Source: a virus
Taxonomy: Duplodnaviria > Caudoviricetes
Virus record (IMG/VR): IMGVR_UViG_3300017784_003136
Span: 1 to 24,402 of that record
Strand: one strand, 5' to 3'
Length of the DNA: 24,402 bases
In this document: positions 8,269 to 16,332 of the stretch, piece by piece
How positions within the stretch are numbered: the first letter of the stretch is position 1
Layout of the letters: each line of letters starts with the position of its first letter
Translations under genes and position numbers: made by a program
The notes under the pieces: generated by a model
What the model was told of the DNA's origin: nothing
What the model saw: the letters and a program-made list of their open reading frames with translations, nothing else
Databases searched by the model: none

Positions 8269-9378
8269 TTAAGCCAAGGCCACAAGTTTAAAGAAATTTC
8301 TAGGACTTTTGCATTTAATGTTACCCAGCGTCGATACAACGTATCGATATTGCTGCGTAATTTCATCGTAAAAAGGTCCCTCGCTGTTCAGCAATTGGCC
8401 TTCCATGCACAACAACTCCATGTTCCCAATGGACAAGCCGTAACCTGTGTTAGCAGGCACACTCACCTCCGAAGAAACCTCCACGCCGTCCATTTCAAAT
8501 ACATCTGTAAAACCATAGCTGCGGAGTCCGTTAGCTCGGCTAACAATAACTCGCTCTTTGGCATCCAGCGTGTTTAGGAAATCAATGAACAGCCTGCGGT
8601 CCAGAAGGACCATGTCCACCTGATCTTCCTTGGTGTCGTTACGGCGGGTCTGATGAAGCGCCTCACGAAGAGCCTTGGTGCAATTGCTTGCCCAAGTTGC
8701 CGCACCGAAGTACGTCGAAGTGTAGTTGCAAATCACAGGAGAGTAGAAATCAAATTCTGGATCGGCAGTGCCGTTTGGCCAGACGCCACTCAACTGTGAA
8801 CCACCATACGCACCAAGCGTCGTGGAGATTCCAGCATACGTGTCGGTTGGGTAACCGAAAGGATCTGTAGGATCTGCGGTACGCTGGGTTCCTAGGGTAT
8901 TATGAATCGTACCGTTGGTGCCCAGAAAACTTTCGACGCCGTGGAATCTCAATTCATTTCCGGAAGCGTTGCCGTCGATTGTCCATTCCTTTGCAAGGTA
9001 CTGTTCCATGCTCGTAAGCAGGCGGCTAGCCATCTTACCAGCGACGTTAACAAGGGCCTGGGCAGAACGGTTTTCCAGCATCTCTTTTTTATAGATGGCA
9101 TCGGAAACTTGCGCGCCCCGATAATCCAACTCCGCCAACTTCCAGAGATTCTGGCGGCTGAAAGAACGCGGAGTTTCACCGTTGTTACCTGAGGGAGTAT
9201 GATTTCTGTACTGAACGTCCCAGTCAAATCCGCGCCCCGACATGTTGGCTCGGATGTTACCGGCACCTTCCAAAGAAGCGAACACTTTGTACTTACGAAG
9301 TGATGCTACTTCTTCTTCCCGCAAATGGTTTACTATCGTTGTCGCTATACTTCGGGCCCAATCTGTCGCGCTACTCAT
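8269..9378 (-). CDS. Major capsid protein
   Basis: 369 aa following a scaffold-like gene. DGNASGNELRFHGVESFL, YGFTDVFEMDGVEV and the C-terminal GNIKCKSPRNFFKL pattern resemble HK97-fold coats. Confidence 0.8.
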   Translation of the reverse strand: MSSATDWARSIATTIVNHLREEEVASLRKYKVFASLEGAGNIRANMSGRGFDWDVQYRNHTPSGNNGETPRSFSRQNLWKLAELDYRGAQVSDAIYKKEMLENRSAQALVNVAGKMASRLLTSMEQYLAKEWTIDGNASGNELRFHGVESFLGTNGTIHNTLGTQRTADPTDPFGYPTDTYAGISTTLGAYGGSQLSGVWPNGTADPEFDFYSPVICNYTSTYFGAATWASNCTKALREALHQTRRNDTKEDQVDMVLLDRRLFIDFLNTLDAKERVIVSRANGLRSYGFTDVFEMDGVEVSSEVSVPANTGYGLSIGNMELLCMEGQLLNSEGPFYDEITQQYRYVVSTLGNIKCKSPRNFFKLVALA

Positions 9379-9380
9379 AG

Positions 9381-10394
9381 TTACAATACTCCATCACTGG
9401 TTAATTGGCTTTTCAGCCGGTCCTCAAAACTCATCCGCGAGCGCGGTGCGCGCGGCTCTGTAGATCCTGCACTGCGGTTTGGCGTACGTGTTGCACGCTC
9501 CCGCATGAATTCCATGTTCGACGCTGCAACGGGGTCAGGGGCGGGTGCCTGCTGGGCCTGTTGGGCGGTAATGTACTGTTGCATCTGGGCAGATTGCTCG
9601 CCCATCTGCTGGTATCGCATATTCAACAGGTCGCGCTGTAACATCCCAGTAGCATATTTCCAGCGAGCATCTGGCGACTGAATGCCAAACTCTGATGCCT
9701 GTTTGATATAGACCTGGATGGCTTGGCCTTCTCGGGACACATTGCCTTGGCCGTCATAGAGCCAATCGGCGTTCTGTTGCTCCAAGGACTGTACGTAGTT
9801 CTGGCTTTTGTACTGTCCAAGGTGTTGCTGTACCATTTCCATGGCCTTTGACTGAGCGATTTGCTCAATGAAGGGCTGGAGAGTTTTCTCTGGATCGGTT
9901 ACCAGCTTCCGAGCAAAATCAGAGGTGTAAGACTGATACTCTCGTAGAGCCTGCTGGGCTTCAAACGGAGCGTCTTGAGAAATAACCTCGCGGCCTGTTT
10001 GGGGGTCGCGGACGATATAAGACTTCCAGGTGTCTTTAACTTCCGGCGGGGCCCACCATTTCGCTGCTGGGGCAGGGGCAGAGGCCCTGGTGCGTTCTTC
10101 GGCCTGCGAGCGCTTCCAAGCCTCAAACTGCCCTTGATTCTTCAGATACTCTTGGGCGTAAGGGACTACGCTTTGGTACTGCTGGAGGGCGCGCTGGGAT
10201 TCTTGGTAGCCAGTGTGGGAGCGGTAAAGGTTCTGTGCAATGCTTACATCGTCCTGCCCTTCAAAGTCGGGCAAGGAGCGAAAAGCATCGTAGACGTTAG
10301 AAGAAGCGGGCTCGGATTGTGTAGGCGCATTGCCTACGGGCTCACTATTGCCTATATCTTGCGACGGTACATCTGGGAGGATTTCTTCGGACAT
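9381..10394 (-). CDS. Capsid scaffolding protein
   Basis: 337 aa with an acidic/Pro N-terminus, a Gln-rich helical body and a short C-terminal helix (SFEDRLKSQL); immediately upstream of MCP. Confidence 0.7.
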   Translation of the reverse strand: MSEEILPDVPSQDIGNSEPVGNAPTQSEPASSNVYDAFRSLPDFEGQDDVSIAQNLYRSHTGYQESQRALQQYQSVVPYAQEYLKNQGQFEAWKRSQAEERTRASAPAPAAKWWAPPEVKDTWKSYIVRDPQTGREVISQDAPFEAQQALREYQSYTSDFARKLVTDPEKTLQPFIEQIAQSKAMEMVQQHLGQYKSQNYVQSLEQQNADWLYDGQGNVSREGQAIQVYIKQASEFGIQSPDARWKYATGMLQRDLLNMRYQQMGEQSAQMQQYITAQQAQQAPAPDPVAASNMEFMRERATRTPNRSAGSTEPRAPRSRMSFEDRLKSQLTSDGVL

Positions 10395-10470
10395 AATAGT
10401 AGTTTCCTTTCGGGGGAGGTTTCTACAGAATTAATGTCCGCTATCGTCAGTTTTGTTTCAGTGAGGCCCT

Positions 10471-11010
10471 CTATCGTCGCACCGGCCTGATCGGATGCGA
10501 GTAGTCATCCGGGCCGTAGGCAAGCGGTAGCGATGGCTGGGGCTTTTGAAATTGATACGAACGGTCGTTGGGTAATTCAAAAATTCGCCTTATTTGCACG
10601 GCCTGTGGATCTAAAACGTGCAGTTCATCCGCGTTTCCAATGCTGTTCCAGTTATTGACCCACTGCACGCCAGCCTTGCGGAGATCGGGCACTACGTTGT
10701 CGGCAGTTCCGTATCGATCAATTGCCGAATAGCCAACCTCATCTAGCAATCGGGCTATTTCGGACGAGTTATAATCTACGCCGGGGCCATTGACTGTGGC
10801 GTACACGATTCCGCGCCGCCCTGTGGCGTCAATCGGAAGCGGGCTAGATAGTCGTTCATGCGGCGCTCGGGCAAACGATATGCCCGCTGGCCGTTCGGCA
10901 AAGCCGCTGGCGAGGCTGTCTAGATTGCTAGATTCATGTGACACAATGTGCGTGCGCGGGCGGGCCATTTGACTAATTCGCTGAATGAGGTCATCAAGAT
11001 ATCCAGGCAT
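10471..11010 (-). CDS. Hypothetical protein, ADP-ribosyltransferase (ART-PolyVal)-like pattern
   Basis: Start moved to 11010, just after the upstream stop. Motif order is IVSHES..GF....GISFA...IVYATV...LRKAGVQWV...DELHVLDPQAVQI. Confidence 0.5.
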   Translation of the reverse strand: MPGYLDDLIQRISQMARPRTHIVSHESSNLDSLASGFAERPAGISFARAPHERLSSPLPIDATGRRGIVYATVNGPGVDYNSSEIARLLDEVGYSAIDRYGTADNVVPDLRKAGVQWVNNWNSIGNADELHVLDPQAVQIRRIFELPNDRSYQFQKPQPSLPLAYGPDDYSHPIRPVRR

Positions 11011-11017
11011 TAGCTGT

Positions 11018-11275
11018 TTACCATTTGACTTTATCTGCCCAGTAGGCGGCAGACATCTTTCCTTTGGCAATGTTTGAGGCGTGCCGTGCTTTAAACGCTT
11101 CGTTGCGCGCAGAACCGTCCGGTGACCCCTGCACGCCTTGTTGCCCGAAGCGAATAAGCTTCTCTTCGCTGCCAGACTGGGCAAGAACCATGTGCGACTT
11201 GGTCGGATGGCTGGGCGTGCGGACGGGCTTATTGGGAATCAGCCGTCTTACGGCGTCACCGCTAGGATCTTTCAT
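11018..11275 (-). CDS. Conserved small basic phage protein
   Basis: KPVRTPSHPTKSH...IRFGQQG...FKARH...SAAYWADKVKW, a pattern I recognise from many phage hypotheticals; ATGA overlap with the upstream gene. Confidence 0.8.
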   Translation of the reverse strand: MKDPSGDAVRRLIPNKPVRTPSHPTKSHMVLAQSGSEEKLIRFGQQGVQGSPDGSARNEAFKARHASNIAKGKMSAAYWADKVKW

Positions 11276-12117
11276 CGTTCGTCCTCGTCATAGGCTCGGC
11301 GGACTTCACCTGCGCCCGTAATCATCGCGGGTAGACCGTGATCCCCAGCCATGAGCAAGGCGGCCTGCCTGCCCAGACCGGAACGAGCCGCTTTCAGTGC
11401 AGACATGGTTGCCGAGAATGGATCGATCATGGTATCCATGCCCATTCCTAGCCAGCGCGCTGCTGTGGGATCGACGTTTTGCTTCCGCAGCATGGTTTCG
11501 CCAGAGGGCAGTAGGGATCTAATTTCATTTTCTGCTGCTTGCTGCGAGGCGGCGTTGACCCTTTGAGGGCGAAGAGTTGTCCAGGGCACTTGGCCGCGGG
11601 CATCATGGGCTTGGTCAGAGGCGTCTAGAATTGTGCCTGCCCCCGAATCAGTACCGCCAAAGGCTGCATCGTCTATGCCGCCGATGGGCAGTAGAAACGT
11701 ATTGGCGGCCATAGCCATTTTCTTTGAGGCGTCTGGATACTGGACCACCGGCTCAATGCCGTTAAGCCTGCTGACCAGTTCGTCTGCCTTGTTGCCTAGG
11801 GCTTCGGCACCGTGGTACGCCATGGCCGGAAGGGAAGAGTACCAATTCACGGCGTTCGCCAACGGGCTGCCCGCAGACAAGACGCCGCGGTTGTAGTACG
11901 GCGAGTCTAGGGCCTCTAAGTCGGGGTGGTCGGCTCGGATTTTCTCCAGATACCGAGCCCGTTTGTTGTCGGCGGCGTATTCCTGTGCCCCTTTAACTGC
12001 GTACCCTAGGATGCCAGGGTGCTTGAACATGAGCGAAGCTGTACCGGGAAGCTCGCGGCGCGGTAAAGCGTTAACCTCGCTAGCCATCCTGCGAATTGCT
12101 TCTTCATCTGTCTCCAA
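11272..12117 (-). CDS. Hypothetical protein (possible internal virion protein)
   Basis: 281-aa Ala/Gly-rich ORF with a TTG start and GGGGTGA upstream. Confidence 0.7.
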   Translation of the reverse strand: METDEEAIRRMASEVNALPRRELPGTASLMFKHPGILGYAVKGAQEYAADNKRARYLEKIRADHPDLEALDSPYYNRGVLSAGSPLANAVNWYSSLPAMAYHGAEALGNKADELVSRLNGIEPVVQYPDASKKMAMAANTFLLPIGGIDDAAFGGTDSGAGTILDASDQAHDARGQVPWTTLRPQRVNAASQQAAENEIRSLLPSGETMLRKQNVDPTAARWLGMGMDTMIDPFSATMSALKAARSGLGRQAALLMAGDHGLPAMITGAGEVRRAYDEDER

Positions 12118-12165
12118 GCGTCACCCCAATCGTCGTCAAACAAGTAATCGAACACGCCGTCCATA

Positions 12166-12465
12166 TCACACGTATTCGGTTTTTCCGTTGGAGCTTATGC
12201 GGCGCGATCCACCCATCCCCGCGGCGTAGCGTGCGGCTCGTTGGGCTTGGTCTTCGGCGTACAATCGGCGTTCGGCGGCCTCTTGTTCCATCTTCAGTCT
12301 TTGGATCATGGCATCGTTTTGCAGCTTTGCCATTTCTAGTTGATGCTGGCGGGCAGCTTCCTCGCGGGATTGCACCACGCGCGAACGATTCTCTTGGTTT
12401 AGCGCCGACATAACGTCGCCGTGCTGCTGCTGCATCAACTGAAACTGACCGCCGGGAGCTAGCAT
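12166..12465 (-). CDS. Gln/Glu/Arg-rich coiled-coil protein
   Basis: 99 aa; GAGGA upstream. Confidence 0.7.
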   Translation of the reverse strand: MLAPGGQFQLMQQQHGDVMSALNQENRSRVVQSREEAARQHQLEMAKLQNDAMIQRLKMEQEAAERRLYAEDQAQRAARYAAGMGGSRRISSNGKTEYV

Positions 12466-12477
12466 GATGTGTTTCCT

Positions 12478-12735
12478 CTAAGAAATAGTGTCTACTCGGC
12501 GTGCGTTACGGATCGCCCGCCTCAATAATACCCTCCCGGCTAGCCGGATAAAGGGTAGCTTTCTGATAGCCGCCTCATCTTGTAGCCAGTTGGTCAGCGT
12601 CTCCATGCGTAGTTCGCAGATGTCGCAGCCCCATTCGTCCATCTGCTTGGCCCGAGCATTACAAGAGCAATGCGGCGTAGCCACAATGCCGATCCTCGCC
12701 AAGAGCTTCTTTAATTCTGTGCCGGGTCCACTCAT
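12478..12735 (-). CDS. Small Cys-containing protein (GPGTELKKLL...CSC...MDEWG)
   Basis: 85 aa; ATGA-coupled to the fibre-like gene. Confidence 0.75.
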   Translation of the reverse strand: MSGPGTELKKLLARIGIVATPHCSCNARAKQMDEWGCDICELRMETLTNWLQDEAAIRKLPFIRLAGRVLLRRAIRNARRVDTIS

Positions 12736-14489
12736 GGTTGTGTCGTGCAGGGGCCGCTGGTGTTACACACCACATTTCCGCTGACAGTGCCTAGCTGGCT
12801 AGAGGTGCCGTTAAACGTGGCATTGCCAATGATACTGCCTTTGTGCTGCGAGTTGTCGTTGAAGACTTGGTTGCCGGTGATCGTGCCAGTGTTAATGGAA
12901 TCTCCGTTAAAGGTGGCCGTGGCGGTAAAGTTTCCTGTGTTGGTAGATTGATTGGCAAACGTAGGGCTGCCGGTGAGCGGTCCAGAATTCGATGAGGTAT
13001 TGGTAAACGCAGCTACCCCGCCGACTGTGCCGGTGTTGATTGCACTGCCCGTAAAGGTGGCGTTGCCCGTTACAGCCTTTGTGTTGCCAGCCACTAATCC
13101 GCCAACGGTCACATTAAACGACGCATTCTTAGACACGGTGCCAGCATTACTGCAATTTTCAAATGTCGCATCTCCGCTAACGGTTCCTTCGTTAGCCGTT
13201 GTAAACGCAGAGTTTGTACTGGTAAACGTGGCGTTGCCCGTAATGGTGCCATGATTAAAGCTGTCGGTTAAGTCAGCCGCGCCAAAAACGGTGGACACGC
13301 TTTTGTCAAAAACAAAGCTAGGGCCGCTAATTGTAAAGGTTGTTAGCTTTGCCGGGAAATTCAGCACGGCACCGCTTACGCCGCTTTGGATCTGGCTACT
13401 CTCTCCAAAGTATCCGCCAGAGCAAACAACATTGCCGGTGACATTGATGAAACCGGCGGTATGCGAAAGGCTTGCGCTGCCTGACATGAGGAGATCGCCG
13501 CTCACCACGCAGTTTTTGGCCAACCCATAACTGCCCGGCATGATTAGGTTTTGACCTATATCGCAACCTTCGATACTGGGTAGGTTAACGCTCACGGCTC
13601 CCGTTACGGTCGCGTTTTTGCCAATGGTTGCGTCTAGAGCGACAGAGTAGTCTTCCATGTCTAAGTTGCCAGTACACGACGCCTTGGTGGAGTTGGTTAA
13701 GTTTTCGACAAAACTAGCTTTGTCTCGCAGGGTAGCGTTGCCAGAAATGACGTTATTGTTTTGGCTAGAGTCCTCAAACACTGCATTGCCCACCACGGTT
13801 CCTTCGTTCGCGCTAGAGTCAATAAAGCTCGCCGGATCGGTAACGTACAGAAAGCCGCCCGTTGCACAGTCACCGTTTAAGAGAACCTTAGAAGATCCGC
13901 TGATCGTCGCCGTCACCGCCGCTAGTGAAATTCCAATGTTCCCCCCATCAGTCGTTAGAGCATAGACTTGGGGCATCGTGTCTAAGGAACACGACAGCAC
14001 ATCGCCCTTTATTACGATATCGTCATCAAAGGGTCCCGTTTTACCAGGGAGCGTCCCAGAAGGGGTGTTGCCGTCTACGTCTTTCCAGTTAAGCTGGTTG
14101 CTCCACTCTTTATCGGTACCGGCAGTAAACGTATGCCCTACGCCGTAGAGCGGCAGCTTCTCTCCACCAAAGGACAAGCCGCAAGACTTACACGGATCTG
14201 GCAGTGTGGTAGCGAGGGAGATGGTGTGTTCTGGGTAGCGATCTTCCTCGGTTGCGCAAAGGACGATGGTGGCGGTCCAGGTGTCGATGATCTCCTCTTT
14301 CTTGTCGCACGTAACCACTAGGTTGTAGGTGTTGGGCCCCAGGCTGGTGTACCAGAGCGGGGTCCACGTATCGGTCAGGTTGTTGAGCGTGCCGTGGCCG
14401 ATCACGACGTTGGTATCCGCCGCCCCGCCGCCAGCGCCCTTAATCTGCCACTTCCCCACATTCACACAGTCGCAGCACTTACAAGGCAT
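12732..14489 (-). CDS. Beta-solenoid repeat protein, fibre/adhesin-like
   Basis: 585 aa with an MPCKCCDC start, a WSNQLNW..P motif and about 16-aa repeats N-x-G-T-[VI]-x-G-N-A-T-F; AGGAG upstream. Confidence 0.7.
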   Translation of the reverse strand: MPCKCCDCVNVGKWQIKGAGGGAADTNVVIGHGTLNNLTDTWTPLWYTSLGPNTYNLVVTCDKKEEIIDTWTATIVLCATEEDRYPEHTISLATTLPDPCKSCGLSFGGEKLPLYGVGHTFTAGTDKEWSNQLNWKDVDGNTPSGTLPGKTGPFDDDIVIKGDVLSCSLDTMPQVYALTTDGGNIGISLAAVTATISGSSKVLLNGDCATGGFLYVTDPASFIDSSANEGTVVGNAVFEDSSQNNNVISGNATLRDKASFVENLTNSTKASCTGNLDMEDYSVALDATIGKNATVTGAVSVNLPSIEGCDIGQNLIMPGSYGLAKNCVVSGDLLMSGSASLSHTAGFINVTGNVVCSGGYFGESSQIQSGVSGAVLNFPAKLTTFTISGPSFVFDKSVSTVFGAADLTDSFNHGTITGNATFTSTNSAFTTANEGTVSGDATFENCSNAGTVSKNASFNVTVGGLVAGNTKAVTGNATFTGSAINTGTVGGVAAFTNTSSNSGPLTGSPTFANQSTNTGNFTATATFNGDSINTGTITGNQVFNDNSQHKGSIIGNATFNGTSSQLGTVSGNVVCNTSGPCTTQP

Positions 14490-14527
14490 GGCACTCTCCT
14501 AGCACATTCTGGAATCTGGAATGGGGG

Positions 14528-14555
14528 TGTTTCGCATTTCGGGAAACGCGAAACA
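14528..14555 (-). other. Intergenic RNA hairpin
   Basis: Minus strand TGTTTCGCGTTT-CCCG-AAATGCGAAACA (one G-U pair), with no U tail. Confidence 0.55.
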
Positions 14556-14559
14556 TAGC

Positions 14560-14844
14560 TCACTGCCCTTGGATTTCCCTGCGATACTTGTCAGCAATAG
14601 CCTGCTGGTCGGCAACGCTTGTGCGCTGCCTGTTGGCCCGATCAAACCCAGTGCCCGGCTCGCTAAGTGCGTCAACAAGCTCCCAGTTGCTTGGCATCTC
14701 GCCAGTGCGTGCATGCACGGCCCGCTCAAAAAGGTCGATAGCGGCCAGTTCGTTTCTACCGTTCTCGCGCAACGCCTTGGCGACCCGAGGAAACATAGCG
14801 GCCTGCTGGCGTAGTGCCCGGATCTGATCTTCTGATGATGGCAT
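14560..14844 (-). CDS. Hypothetical protein, first gene of the late arm
   Basis: 94 aa; AGGAGG upstream. Confidence 0.75.
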   Translation of the reverse strand: MPSSEDQIRALRQQAAMFPRVAKALRENGRNELAAIDLFERAVHARTGEMPSNWELVDALSEPGTGFDRANRQRTSVADQQAIADKYRREIQGQ

Positions 14845-15172
14845 GAAAGCCTCCTACTAAGTCAGTGGCTCGCAGCCACTCGGGTTAATGATCACTGCTG
14901 ATATGTAACGCATTTGCAGTAGATTGCCCGCTAGGCAATTAACCCTAACAAACCTACCGGAGGAACCGGACCTTTGGCTGCACAAACGATTGCACTTGCC
15001 GCCATCTTCTGTAGAACGTCACAAGCTCTTCGGCCATAGGACTATTGCCCGTTGCTGGGGCTCACAGGTGCGTCTGACAGAGGACACAGTCGCAGACAAG
15101 GCGAAGCTAGCCCGCGTGACGCGCATGGCGTGAGAACCGCTGTAATGACCGCACAGAGTGCAGCCGTCATGT

Positions 15173-15242
15173 GGGGGCCGAAGGGTGGAAAAAAGCAGGA
15201 AGCAAAGGGAATATAGGGGTTGGGGGCCAGAAAGTGGAAAAA
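15173..15242. repeat. Imperfect direct repeat in G/A-rich tract
   Basis: GGGGGCC-N5-GTGGAAAAA at 15173-15193 and 15222-15242. Confidence 0.7.
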
Positions 15243-15319
15243 CTCCGGGAGTGGGATTGACCTACACTGCCTGGAAAATTGGGGGGGCCTTGGCCTTCGC
15301 CTTCTCTGGCATGGTGGCG

Positions 15320-15345
15320 GATAGACATGGCGTAAGTCTAGTAGT
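15320..15345 (+). promoter_or_regulatory. Dyad element copy 1 (TAGAC-N9-GTCTA)
   Basis: GATAGACATGGCGTAAGTCTAGTAGT aligns without gaps to the three GGCATACATCGCT elements. Confidence 0.5.
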
Positions 15346-15491
15346 CGCCTACACTTAGGCGGGTTAAACGGGTTGCCGATAAGCCCACCCAAGTCTAGGG
15401 TGGCCGATTCGGATTGTGTCGCAAGATACCAACTGTCCAGCCGGTTCGGGATGCATTGTCTCCCACAAGTATAGCTGATTCTATCATGCCA

Positions 15492-15520
15492 TTGATTCCA
15501 TCTGCCGATAGCGTTAGAGT
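15492..15520 (+). promoter_or_regulatory. Sigma70-like early promoter
   Basis: TTGATT-N17-TAGAGT, 60 nt upstream of ATG 15581. Confidence 0.6.
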
Positions 15521-15580
15521 TGTGCTGTGCCGGATGGATTGTCTGTCCGGCGTTTGTTTCTTTTACAGGGAGTCTATTCG

Positions 15581-16213
15581 ATGAAATCTTATTCCATGAT
15601 GCCCCGTCCTTTATACGCTCCATCCCGCAAGCCTATTCCCGTGGCTGAGCCAGTGTGGCAACCACAAGCTGACGTTGCGATGGAGCCAACGCCTCGCAGC
15701 GGGTTCCTCACAATGGCGGACCTGCTATTCTGGTTGGGTGTTGAGGCTGGCCCACACAGTCTGGCCAGTGTGCAAGCCACATTCCGCAGGAGCGCACGTC
15801 GGGCAAAAGTCTACGACGTACCAGAGGCGGTCGATGCCATGGTAGACCGACTGCTCGGGATGGATGAGCGGTCGAAGTTCAAGGACATCGACCACGCGAT
15901 CCGCAGTGTCATCTCCTTTGCGAAGCGATGCGACTGGATTCTGCCTTGTGTCGCGTTTAAAAAGGCCACAAGGCCAAGTAAGAGTTTGAAGAAGTCAGTG
16001 GCCGACCCCCGGCTTCCAGCCGACCCGGCGTTGATTGTGGCGGCTTGTGAGAATCGTCCGGGGATGTTGGAGATTCTAGTGGGCATCGGGGCGGATACTC
16101 TCCCAACGGGCAAACTGGTCGACGTTAAAGGCGGCGATTCCTACTGCCGGTCCCACTATGGCCGTAGGCAAGGTCGTGCAGTGAAATACCCGGCCTGCAC
16201 GGTTTGCGAGTAG
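15581..16213 (+). CDS. Hypothetical protein, first early-arm gene
   Basis: 210 aa from ATG 15581 with GGGAG upstream; C-terminal C..H...CxxC; followed by hairpins. Confidence 0.7.
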   Translation: MKSYSMMPRPLYAPSRKPIPVAEPVWQPQADVAMEPTPRSGFLTMADLLFWLGVEAGPHSLASVQATFRRSARRAKVYDVPEAVDAMVDRLLGMDERSKFKDIDHAIRSVISFAKRCDWILPCVAFKKATRPSKSLKKSVADPRLPADPALIVAACENRPGMLEILVGIGADTLPTGKLVDVKGGDSYCRSHYGRRQGRAVKYPACTVCE

Positions 16214-16225
16214 TCTACGCTTCCC

Positions 16226-16332
16226 AACGCCCAGTGAGTCTACCCTAGGCTCACTGGGCGTTTCTATGCGCTTCCAACGCCCCACAATCGCCCGCAAGTC
16301 TACGGTAGGCTTGCGGGCGATTCTATGCGCTT
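16226..16332 (+). terminator. Tandem 17-bp hairpins, probable terminators
   Basis: 16226-16262 and 16286-16322, each followed by CTATGCGCTT. Confidence 0.6.

Noticed and set aside
8240-8366. Programmed frameshift fusing capsid to decoration protein (TTTAAAC near the MCP end; downstream frame open across the overlap)
   Set aside because: The heptamer is read TTT AAA C in the capsid frame, the wrong phase for -1 slippage. The fusion would need +1, and the decoration gene has its own SD.
16-14827. Plus-strand ORFs across the late arm (e.g. 619-1110, 2138-2560, 5716-6264, 7999-8577)
   Set aside because: Antisense shadows of well-supported minus-strand genes, with no recognisable motifs.
15042-15623. 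193-aa minus ORF and other ORFs in the divergent region
   Set aside because: It overlaps the early promoter and gene start, and its composition reflects G/A runs with no protein-like motifs.
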